From the NCBI GenBank assembly GCA_963745025.1, contig CAVUWD010000006.1:288001-352000 (forward strand): a stretch of DNA of 64,000 nt, given 5' to 3'. Every line of letters starts with the position of its first letter. The first letter of the stretch is position 1. This document shows, piece by piece, positions 31,919-40,295 of this stretch. The position numbers and the translations under genes are program-made. The stretch is from an uncultured delta proteobacterium (GTDB lineage Bacteria; Desulfobacterota; Binatia; JACPRU01). The notes below the pieces were generated by a model. The model was given only the letters and a program-made list of their open reading frames with translations. It was not told where the DNA came from and made no database searches.

Positions 31919-32034
31919 GCTCTCTCCTGCGATTCGAAGCTGCGACCGCCGCTCGGGCATTGCAATCCGCGAGCGGCATGTTTATAGTGCATGAGTCTCT
32001 ATCAATGTAGTGTTGCAGTCAAGACGGAGGCCGC

Positions 32035-32460
32035 TTGGAACACTTCACCCCTTATTCGGCGACGCTCGGCGGGGTGCTCATCGGCGCGTCGGCGAGCTGG
32101 CTGCTGCTCGCCACCGGCTGGATCGCCGGCATCAGCGGAATTCTCGGCGGCCTGCTCGTCTCCGGGGGCGGTGACAAGCTCTGGCGGGCGCTGTTCCTCG
32201 CCGGATTGATCGGCGGCTGCTGGCTCGTTCGCTTGGCGGGCGGCGACGCGATCGCTGTCACGATCTCGGCCTCCACGGGAGAGCTCGTGCTCGCGGGGCT
32301 GCTCGTTGGCTTCGGTACGCGGGTCGCCAACGGCTGCACGAGCGGTCATGGTGTCTGCGGGATGGCGCGGATGTCGCCGCGCTCGATCGTCGCGACGCTC
32401 ACCTTCATGGCGAGCGGCGCGTTGACCGTTTTCGTGACGCGGCACCTGCTCGGAGGGTGA
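32035..32460 (+). CDS. YeeE/YedE sulfur-compound transporter subunit
   Basis: [30 protein letters not shown]. Confidence 0.92.
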   Translation: MEHFTPYSATLGGVLIGASASWLLLATGWIAGISGILGGLLVSGGGDKLWRALFLAGLIGGCWLVRLAGGDAIAVTISASTGELVLAGLLVGFGTRVANGCTSGHGVCGMARMSPRSIVATLTFMASGALTVFVTRHLLGG

Positions 32461-32462
32461 CC

Positions 32463-32993
32463 ATGCGAAGGCTCTCGGCATCGTTCCTCGCGGGCGTGCT
32501 CTTCGGCGCGGGTCTCACGATCTCGCAGATGGTGAACCCCAAGAAGGTCACCGACTTCCTCGATTTCTTCGGTCGCTGGGATCCGAGCCTCGCCTTCGTG
32601 ATGGGCTCGGCGCTGGCGGTAACCTTCGCCTTTTTCCGCATCGTCCTCCGCCGGACGCATCCGCTCTTCGCCGAGGAGTTCCACGTCCCCGGCGGGCGGC
32701 GGATCGATTCTCGATTGATCGGCGGCTCGGCCCTTTTCGGCGTCGGCTGGGGCTTGGCGGGCTTCTGCCCCGGACCAGCGGTGGCGAGCCTCGCGTACGG
32801 CCGCTGGCAATCGGCGACCTTCGTCGTGGCGATGATCGTGGGGATGGTGCTGTGGGAGTGGCGGGCCCTGGCGATCCGCACCCTTTCGGAGCGAGAGGGG
32901 AAAATCTTTCCGAGACGTCCGGCCCGAAAGGCTCTGGCAAACGCCAGCACGTTGCCGCCCCTAGGTTCCTACCGTTCAGGAGCCGATGGCTGA
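32463..32993 (+). CDS. YeeE/YedE partner subunit
   Basis: GLTISQMVNPKKV..FLD, WDPSL, FGVGWGLAGFCPGPA. Confidence 0.9.
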   Translation: MRRLSASFLAGVLFGAGLTISQMVNPKKVTDFLDFFGRWDPSLAFVMGSALAVTFAFFRIVLRRTHPLFAEEFHVPGGRRIDSRLIGGSALFGVGWGLAGFCPGPAVASLAYGRWQSATFVVAMIVGMVLWEWRALAIRTLSEREGKIFPRRPARKALANASTLPPLGSYRSGADG

Positions 32994-33110
32994 TGCCAAG
33001 CGCCAGACCGAGGTCGTCTCGTGTGAAGAGGCGGCGCACCGGCTGGATCGCGGGGCGAGCAGCTACGTGTAGAACGACGTCCGTGAAGAATACGCGCACG
33101 AGCTTGCCCA
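32986..33110 (+). pseudogene. Decayed rhodanese-like 5' fragment
   Basis: AGGAG SD, then MADAKRQTEVVSCEEAAHRLDRGASSYV*NDVREEYAHELAH, resembling a rhodanese N-terminus with the DVRE motif; TAG at 33070. Confidence 0.45.
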
Positions 33111-33245
33111 CGCGATGCTCCGAGCGGACATGCGGCGTGCTTCCGACGCGGACCGCACGACAGGCGACCGTGAGGCGACCTTGACTCCCTCGAAGCGAGG
33201 CAGCTAGGGGTTGCCGAGCCAAATCGGCGGAGAGAGGGCAAACCC

Positions 33246-34103
33246 ATGGGCAAACTTGATCGAAAGGTCGCGGTCATCACCGGGGGAGCGAGCGGAATGG
33301 GGGCAGGAACGGTGCGCCGCTTCGTCGCCGAAGGTGCCCGCGTGGTCGTCGCGGACGTCACCGACGAGCGAGGCCGGGCGCTGGCTGGAGAGCTCGGCGC
33401 TGCGGTGGCCTATGCGCATACCGACGTATCGCGCGAAGACGACGTTGCCGGAGCAATCGCCCTGGCGGTCGATCGCTGGGGCCGCCTCGACTGCGTTTTC
33501 AACAATGCCGGCTTCGGCGGCGTCGACGAGATCCTCGAAAAGATTCCGATGGACGGCTACCAGCAGACGATGGACGTTCTCGTCAAAGGTGTACTGCTCG
33601 GAATCAAGCACGCCGCTCCGATCATGAAGAAGCAGCGCTCGGGAAGCATCATCAATACCGGCAGCGTGGCGGGAATGCAGGCGGGCTACGGCCCGCACAT
33701 CTACAGCGCCGCCAAGGCGGCGGTCATTCACCTGTCGCGCAGCGCCGCCATGGAGCTCGGTGAGTGGGGTGTGCGGGTCAACTGCATTTGTCCGGGAGGG
33801 ATCGTGACGCCGATCTTCGGCAAGGCGCTCGGCCTCCCGGCCGAGAAGGCCGACGAAACGCTCGGCGCCGTGAGCGAGGCTCTGCGGCTCTTCCAGGCGA
33901 TTCCGCGACCCGGCCACCCGGCTGACATCGCTTCGGCAGCCCTCTTTCTCGCCAGCGACGACGCGGCGTTCGTCAACGGCCACGCGCTGGTCGTCGATGG
34001 AGGACTGACCGCCGGCCGCCGCTTCAGCGACGCGCAGGAGTCTTGGAATACGTTCCGCGATCTGATGGGAATTCAAAGAAAAGAAATCCCCCACCCAACC
34101 TGA
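33246..34103 (+). CDS. Short-chain dehydrogenase/reductase
   Basis: TGGASGMG, NNAG, YSAAK, VDGG. Confidence 0.95.
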   Translation: MGKLDRKVAVITGGASGMGAGTVRRFVAEGARVVVADVTDERGRALAGELGAAVAYAHTDVSREDDVAGAIALAVDRWGRLDCVFNNAGFGGVDEILEKIPMDGYQQTMDVLVKGVLLGIKHAAPIMKKQRSGSIINTGSVAGMQAGYGPHIYSAAKAAVIHLSRSAAMELGEWGVRVNCICPGGIVTPIFGKALGLPAEKADETLGAVSEALRLFQAIPRPGHPADIASAALFLASDDAAFVNGHALVVDGGLTAGRRFSDAQESWNTFRDLMGIQRKEIPHPT

Positions 34104-34197
34104 GCGGCCTGGACACATCGCCGCCGCGCTACGCGCGGCGTGCTGGAGAATTCCGCCGCATCGATGTCTCCCTTGAGAATCCGGGGGCGGACGGCTG

Positions 34198-35343
34198 TCA
34201 GAAGGCCGCAAGACCGATCAGGTTGCGGCCGATGATCAGCTTCTGGATTTCGGACGTGCCGTCGGGAATCGTCATCATCCGCGCGTTGCGAAAATGCAGC
34301 TCGACCGGGAGCTCGCGGCTGAGTCCGTACGCGCCGTGGACCTCGATCGCACGCGAGGCGATTCGCACCGCGGCTTCGGTCGCGTAATACTTCGCCATCG
34401 AGGTTTGGGTGTCGCAGCGGATCCCCTTCTGCACCAGATGGAGTCCGCGGAGCATGAGCAGCCGCGCGGCATCGAGCTCGGTCGCCATGTCTGCAATCAG
34501 CTCCTGAACGAGCTGATGTCCGCCGATCTTCTTGCCCCATTGCTCCCGCCCCTTCACGTAAACAAGCGACGCGTCGAGCGCCGCGCGTGCGATGCCGGTG
34601 GCGATCGCGGCGACGAAGCAGCGCGCCCGCTCGAAGAGCTGGAGCGTGCTGCGCAGCCCGACCCCGGGCTCGCCGAGGCGCCGGCCGACCGGCACGAACA
34701 CGTCGTCGAACACGAGCTCCGCCGTCGACCAGTCGTTCAGCCCGAGCTTCGGAAGCTCGCGCGAGCGGTAACCGTCATCGCGCTCGACCACCATCTGAGA
34801 AAGCCCTTCCGACTCGTCCTCACCCCGTACCACCACTACCGCGAGGTCGGAGATGCCGGCGTTCGAGATCCACGTCTTCTCGCCACGAACGCGCCATCCA
34901 TCGCCGTCTCGTACGGCCCGCGTCCGTACCTTCCGCACGTTCGAGCCGACTCCCGGCTCGGTGATCGCCGAGCAGCCGATCAACTCCCCGGCGAGGAGCC
35001 GCGGCAGCCAGCGCCGCTTCTGCTCCGGAGACCCGAGCATGCCGATCGCGAGCGCCACGCCCTCGTTGATGAACGCCGTTCCGGCGATTCCGGGCGAGAT
35101 GCGGGCGAGCTCCTCGTAGAGAAGACCGCTCGTCACGAGGTCGAGCGCGAGGCCACCGTCGTTCTCGCCGAGCCAGCCGGTCCCAACGCCGTAAGGCGCC
35201 AGCTTTCGCAATAGCGTGTGAGCGAGGTCCTTCGGGATGGTGGCGTCGCGCCAGGGCTCCACGGCCGGCGCGATCTCCGTCTCCACGAAGCGCCGGAACG
35301 CGCCGAGCGCAATCGACTGTTCCTCGCTGAGATCGAAGTCCAT
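34198..35343 (-). CDS. Acyl-CoA dehydrogenase
   Basis: AITEPGVGSN, GEKTWISN, REQWGKKI, VHGAYG, IPDGTSEIQ. Confidence 0.95.
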   Translation of the reverse strand: MDFDLSEEQSIALGAFRRFVETEIAPAVEPWRDATIPKDLAHTLLRKLAPYGVGTGWLGENDGGLALDLVTSGLLYEELARISPGIAGTAFINEGVALAIGMLGSPEQKRRWLPRLLAGELIGCSAITEPGVGSNVRKVRTRAVRDGDGWRVRGEKTWISNAGISDLAVVVVRGEDESEGLSQMVVERDDGYRSRELPKLGLNDWSTAELVFDDVFVPVGRRLGEPGVGLRSTLQLFERARCFVAAIATGIARAALDASLVYVKGREQWGKKIGGHQLVQELIADMATELDAARLLMLRGLHLVQKGIRCDTQTSMAKYYATEAAVRIASRAIEVHGAYGLSRELPVELHFRNARMMTIPDGTSEIQKLIIGRNLIGLAAF

Positions 35344-35506
35344 CCGACACCCCTCTCCTCGCCAGCGTTACGACCCGCGAGCCGCCAGTCAAGCGATGTG
35401 CGGCGATCTTGCCAACGGGCGACCCGATTCTCACGCGGGATTGCCACAACCGGCATCCAGGAGGAAGATGCGTGCAAGACGACGACGCCGCGCCGTAAGG
35501 AGGGAC

Positions 35507-36571
35507 ATGAGCATGCGCATCGATCGATCGGAGTGGGGCATCCGTCTCTCGGACCGCGTTCGCGCGGCGCTCTCGGCGGGCGACATCGAAGTCGCACGCC
35601 GACTCGTCGCCGAGGGCGACGGCATGGCGAGAAGCCTCGAGAAGGAATACTCGCTGATGGTCAAGGGCCTCGGCATCACGATCCGGATCCTACTGGATCT
35701 GCTGGAGGAGGCGGCAGGACGGCTCGCGAACGACGAGGCTCGGCGGAGTCTCGCCGAGGTGCTGTGGCGTTTCTGTAGGGACATGACGAGGCTCGTGTCC
35801 CCGGCGGAGGGCAGCGAGCCGAACGCGCAGGACAGGGCCGCGGGAGTGGCGGGCGCGCTCGCACGGACGCGGCTGCTGCTCGCGGAGTCCGAAGCGCGAT
35901 TCGACCACGAGCAGAAACAGCTCGCGGGACAGATCCTCGAAGCCCTGGATCGGCGTGACGGCAACGCCGCTCTTGAACTCAGCGACCGCAAGGAGCGCCT
36001 TGAGTTCGTGCCGCTCCACGATCGCTTGGTCCGCTTCATGGCCGAGGTGTGGGGCTACGTGCTCGAGCGTTTGGGGGCCGAAGAGCTCGGCCGCTTCCAC
36101 CTCGCGACCGCCGAGGCGCAGCGCCGCGGCTTCGAAGCCTGGGAGCGCCTCTCGCCGGCGGAGTTCGCACGGGCCACGGCCTTTCTTGCGCGCCAGCACA
36201 TGGGAGACATGGCGATCACGGAGTACGAGGACAAGTTCCAGTTCGAGTTCTCGCCCTGCGGCAGCGGCGGCCGCCTTCGCCGCGACGGCGCCTACGAAGG
36301 ATCGAGCCCGCTGCCTTACGTTGAGAAGTCGGGCGCGCTGACGTTCGGCAAAGGCAAGCTACCGGTCTATTGTTCCCACTGTCCGATGTGGAACTCGGTG
36401 GCGGCCACCGCGTGGTTCGGACATCCGCAATGGGTGTTCGACGATCCCGCGCGCGCGGACGGGTCGTGTACGATGAGCATCTACAAGCATCCCGAGAGCA
36501 TACCTGCCGAGTACTTTCGGCGCCTGGGTCTTGCCGTGCCCGCGGCCACGCCCCGACCTGGGCAGCGCTGA
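35507..36571 (+). CDS. Hypothetical protein with PCGSGG and YCxHC motifs
   Basis: AAGGAGG SD; LHD, QH, FSPCGSGGRL, VYCSHCP, C-terminal Cys. No family confidently recognised. Confidence 0.75.
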   Translation: MSMRIDRSEWGIRLSDRVRAALSAGDIEVARRLVAEGDGMARSLEKEYSLMVKGLGITIRILLDLLEEAAGRLANDEARRSLAEVLWRFCRDMTRLVSPAEGSEPNAQDRAAGVAGALARTRLLLAESEARFDHEQKQLAGQILEALDRRDGNAALELSDRKERLEFVPLHDRLVRFMAEVWGYVLERLGAEELGRFHLATAEAQRRGFEAWERLSPAEFARATAFLARQHMGDMAITEYEDKFQFEFSPCGSGGRLRRDGAYEGSSPLPYVEKSGALTFGKGKLPVYCSHCPMWNSVAATAWFGHPQWVFDDPARADGSCTMSIYKHPESIPAEYFRRLGLAVPAATPRPGQR

Positions 36572-36695
36572 TGCAACGGACCGTAAACGGACCGTAGGAT
36601 GAAGAAGTCTCCTCCGCGCGCCGACTCGGCGCCCCGGCCGGAAACACCAGGGGCGTGTTCGGTGGGATGGCCGCGAGACTTTCGCGCGGCGCCAC

Positions 36696-36870
36696 CTATC
36701 TGGACGCCGTAACCCCGACGAAGGAGTAGAAGCTCTCGCCGGGGATCCGCGCCCTGCGCTTTACGTCCGCGAACCCCGCCTCCTTCATCTGCGCGACCAT
36801 TTCCCCGGGCGTAGGCAGTCTCCCGCAACCCGCGGTCATCGCACCCCATAGGTTTAGGATGTCGGTGACA
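36696..36870 (-). pseudogene. C-terminal remnant, probably a SAM-dependent methyltransferase
   Basis: DILNLWGAMTAGCGRLPTPGEMVAQMKEAGFADVK...FYSFVG with no 5' part. Confidence 0.5.
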
Positions 36871-36936
36871 GCGCCTCGTCGTTTGCAGGCGCGGGCGGTC
36901 AGGCGGCAGCCGGCTCCCCGGCGGGAGGTGAGCGCG

Positions 36937-37341
36937 TCACGCGGACTCGCCTCGGGTGAGTGCGCGCGCGGTCTCCACGATCGCCTGCAGCGTGGAACCC
37001 GGTGGAAAGGTCGCGACGCCGCGCTCGGCGAGCTTGCGGCAGGCGTGCGGCGCGAGCGTTCCGCCCGCGATCACCGGGGCATCGATGCCCGCTGCGCGCA
37101 GCGCGTCGAGGATGCGCTCGGCGACCTCGACCCGGCCCCCGACGTTCAGGCCGACCAAGTCGACGTCCTCGTCGGCGGCCGCCCGGACGATCTCCTCGAC
37201 GCTCGCCATGCCGGCGAAGATGACCTCGAATCCCGCGTTGCGCAGCGCCTGGGCGACCGCGAGAGGCCCCCGCCAATGGCCATCGAGGCTCGTCTTGGCC
37301 AACAGAACCCTGCGAGCCGGCGCCGCAAGCTCTCCCTTCAT
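36937..37341 (-). CDS. Cobalamin-binding small subunit of an acyl-CoA mutase
   Basis: LLAKTSLDGHWRG (DxHxxG), LRNAGFEVI, AGG; ATGA overlap with the large subunit. Confidence 0.92.
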   Translation of the reverse strand: MKGELAAPARRVLLAKTSLDGHWRGPLAVAQALRNAGFEVIFAGMASVEEIVRAAADEDVDLVGLNVGGRVEVAERILDALRAAGIDAPVIAGGTLAPHACRKLAERGVATFPPGSTLQAIVETARALTRGESA

Positions 37342-38957
37342 ACGTTGACGGGCACTTTCCAAGCCCCGAAGACGTCGCGGAAAACCGCCCCGACTTCACC
37401 GAGGGTTACCTCGGCATCGAGCACCTCGAGCATGGAGGGCATGACGTTCTCCTCGGGGTCGCGGCAGGCCCGCTCGAGGCGTCGGATGGCGTCGCGGGCT
37501 CGCCGGGCATCGCGCGTGCGGCGCACGGCCTCGAGGCGTTCGAGCGATCGCTCGTAGACGTTGTCGACCGGGCGAAACCCCTCGACCTCGAGCGCACCGA
37601 CGTCGGCATCGAAGCAATTGACACCGACGATCTTCCGCTCGCCGCGCTCGATCCTGCGGCTGTCTTCGAGCTGGTTGGTGATCGCCCGCTGGTGGAGCCA
37701 CCCCGAGTCGAGCGTGGCGATGAATCCACCGTGCGCCTCGATCTCGCCGACGAACTCCCAGGCGCGACGTTCGATCTCGGCGGTGAGCGCCTCGACGAAA
37801 TAGGAGCCGCCGAGCGGATCGGCGACGGCGGTCAGGTTCGTCTCGTTCTGCAGGATCTGCTGGATGCGCACGGACATCTGATGGGCGTGCTCCGAGGGGA
37901 TCGAGATCGCTTCGTCATAGCCCGAGACGCCGAGCGACTGGACTCCGCCGAGCACGGCGGCGAACGCCATCAGCGTGCCTCGCACGACGTTGTTCAGCGG
38001 CTGCGGGTAGGTCATGGCCGTTCCCGCGGTGACGACGTGAATCCGCAAGCGCAGGGCCTGCGGATCGTCAACGCCGTAGCGCTCGCGAAGGAGGTCGTGC
38101 CACATCTTGCGCGCGGCGCGAAGCTTGGCGATGTCCTCGAAGAGATCCATGGAGACGCGGAAGCTCACTCCCCCCACGGCGTGTGCGACCGCCGCCATCT
38201 CGAGCCGCCCGCGCTGCCGGACGAGATCGAGGTACTCGATGGCGTTGGCGAGCAGTGCACCGAGCTCTTGCCACGCGTTGAGCCCGGTATCGGCGCCGTT
38301 GTAGGCGGCGATCGATACCGGCACCCAGCGCGGCACCTCGGCGGCGCAGAACTCGATGAGATCGCGGTTCAGGCGCAAGCCTGCGCGCGCCGGAATCTGT
38401 TCCTTCGGGAAGCAGCCGAGATAGGTGAGGAAGTAGTCGCTCTGGCCCGTGCCGGAGAGGTTCCTCAGGTCGAGACCGCGGCGTCGCGCGATCGTCCAAT
38501 AGGCCGCGTTGGCGTAGGGCGCGTGCTGCACGACGCCGCCGCCGCTGTGCGCGTAGTAGGCCGCTTGATCGATGCGGTCGAGAGCGATGTGGTAATCGCG
38601 AACGTGGAGGAGCACCGCTCCGGTGAGGCCGACGTCCTCGCGCCGCGCGACGACCTCCGGGTGATCGACGTCGTAGAGGTGATCGGCCGTCATGCGATCG
38701 TGCTCCATGATGAAGCCGGTCTCGCCGTGCTCGAGCAGGAACCGGATGCGCTCGTTTTCGTCTTCCGGGTTGCCGTAGCCCGAGAGCTGGAAGATCCGCC
38801 ACGGGCGGCTGCGGTACATCTCCGGATACGCTCCGCGAAGAAACGGCGCCTGCCCGGGACGGGAGTCCGCCGCGTCGCGCTGCGGCGCGGGAACGTCGGC
38901 CGGACCGTAAACCGGCCGGATGGGGATCCCCGAGGCCGTGTACCGCTCGCCACTCAC
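37338..38957 (-). CDS. Methylmalonyl-CoA mutase-family large subunit, divergent
   Basis: PGQAPFLRGAYPEMY, FEDIAKLRAARKMW, QPLNNVVR, DPLGGSYFVEALT, VGVN. Confidence 0.92.
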   Translation of the reverse strand: MSGERYTASGIPIRPVYGPADVPAPQRDAADSRPGQAPFLRGAYPEMYRSRPWRIFQLSGYGNPEDENERIRFLLEHGETGFIMEHDRMTADHLYDVDHPEVVARREDVGLTGAVLLHVRDYHIALDRIDQAAYYAHSGGGVVQHAPYANAAYWTIARRRGLDLRNLSGTGQSDYFLTYLGCFPKEQIPARAGLRLNRDLIEFCAAEVPRWVPVSIAAYNGADTGLNAWQELGALLANAIEYLDLVRQRGRLEMAAVAHAVGGVSFRVSMDLFEDIAKLRAARKMWHDLLRERYGVDDPQALRLRIHVVTAGTAMTYPQPLNNVVRGTLMAFAAVLGGVQSLGVSGYDEAISIPSEHAHQMSVRIQQILQNETNLTAVADPLGGSYFVEALTAEIERRAWEFVGEIEAHGGFIATLDSGWLHQRAITNQLEDSRRIERGERKIVGVNCFDADVGALEVEGFRPVDNVYERSLERLEAVRRTRDARRARDAIRRLERACRDPEENVMPSMLEVLDAEVTLGEVGAVFRDVFGAWKVPVNV

Positions 38958-39183
38958 CGCACGGCCTCTCCGGCTGGCTCGCCGAAGCGCTCGGACACGG
39001 TCACTGCACGACCTCCGCGGTTTTCAAGATTGCTTCGCATGATAACCCACCGGGCTTTCCGTCTGGCTAGTCTAGCGATCGACGGGGAGATTCCTTCTCT
39101 CTGCCCCCTCGCTTGTCAAGCAAAATTCCCAGGCCACTTTGTGACCCGCACCCGATCAGTTTTCACACGACGCTCGAGGAGAC

Positions 39184-39351
39184 GGACGCGGTCGGTTGTG
39201 GTCGGCCCGTACTCGGGTCGATCACAATCGACCGCGTCCGCGCGGAGCGCGGAAGACATAACCCTCGACACTGGTCTATTGTCTTCCGCGCTTGCGCGCG
39301 GTGGCTGGATTTTCCGGTCGACCCGGATCCGGGCCGACCGGAAAGTCCAGC
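39184..39351. repeat. Three adjacent long hairpins, including copy 2 of the double-hairpin element
   Basis: 26-bp stem at 39184-39239; AGCGCGGAAGACA/TGTCTTCCGCGCT stem; GCTGGATTTTCCGGTCG/CGACCGGAAAGTCCAGC stem at 39304-39351. Confidence 0.8.
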
Positions 39352-39617
39352 GCTTCCGGATCTCGAGCGCCGGAGGCGAAGACTGAGGCATCCCAGGCCA
39401 CTAGCCGCGAGGGCGGCCTGCCCCGGGCAGGCTGCCCGGCACTCAGCCACACGGGCAGCAGCTCGCCCTCGTACTCCATCCCCCGGCACGAGACCGCCAG
39501 AATCCACCGCGCCGTTCCATGAAGACGTGCCGATACATTCTCGAGCACGCGTGAAACTCGGGAACGATCACGTGGAGTGTGGCCTCCCGCGCGTCACCGC
39601 CTGCCGCGGTCATCGGG

Positions 39618-40091
39618 TCATCGAGCCTCGAACTTCATCCTCGTCTTCTGGGCCCAGCTCTCGCCGTCGGGGAGGAAGTAATCGAAACTCACCCGCCGCG
39701 CCTTGAACTTCCACTGGCCGTCGACGCGGACGAACTCGTCGTCGTACCGGCCGGCTGCGGTGAAGCCCTTCCCCTCCGTGGTGATCAATTTCACCTCGAA
39801 ATAGCATCCACCGTCGCCACGGTCGCCCGCGAGCCGGATCACGTGGTTGTGCACGTAGTGACGCATTTCGGTGAAGTTCGCGGGGAGGTACTCGCAGTAG
39901 AATTGGCGGATCTGGTCGATCCCGTGAAAGAGGCCGATCGGCCCGAAGTCCGCCACGGCGTCGTTCGAGTAGAGCGCCGCGCACTCTGCGAGCTTTCCCT
40001 GGTCGACGTGGTAGCTGTAGAGGTGACGAAGCTCCTTGATCGCCTCCCGGTCCTCGGTCTCGCGCATCCGACTTTCCATGTCTCTGGACAT
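39618..40091 (-). CDS. NTF2/SnoaL-like (LinA/BaiE-type) protein
   Basis: DREAIKELRHLYSYHVD, RHYVHN, GRYDDEFVRVDGQWKF. Confidence 0.88.
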   Translation of the reverse strand: MSRDMESRMRETEDREAIKELRHLYSYHVDQGKLAECAALYSNDAVADFGPIGLFHGIDQIRQFYCEYLPANFTEMRHYVHNHVIRLAGDRGDGGCYFEVKLITTEGKGFTAAGRYDDEFVRVDGQWKFKARRVSFDYFLPDGESWAQKTRMKFEAR

Positions 40092-40295
40092 TGCCGTTTC
40101 TCCTCTTGATGGATGTAAGACTCTTCGCCGTTCGCCGCCGCGGCGCTCAGACCTTCTCGACCGTACCCAGAGCCCGCCATCGAGGCATCCGAAGGCGCCT
40201 CTCGGTCGTGCGCGAACGCGTGCCGAGCTGCTACTGGCAAGTGCCAGTGCCCCGGTGCAGACTTCGCAGTGACCTCTCTTCGCGCACCCCCCCTC

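Noticed and set aside
33070-33072. In-frame TAG in the rhodanese-like fragment as possible readthrough
   Set aside because: Downstream sequence lacks the rhodanese active-site loop, so decay is the simpler explanation.
38958-39600. Cobalamin riboswitch or small CDS upstream of the B12 mutase
   Set aside because: No B12-box consensus was seen, and the short ORFs overlap hairpins and lack motifs.
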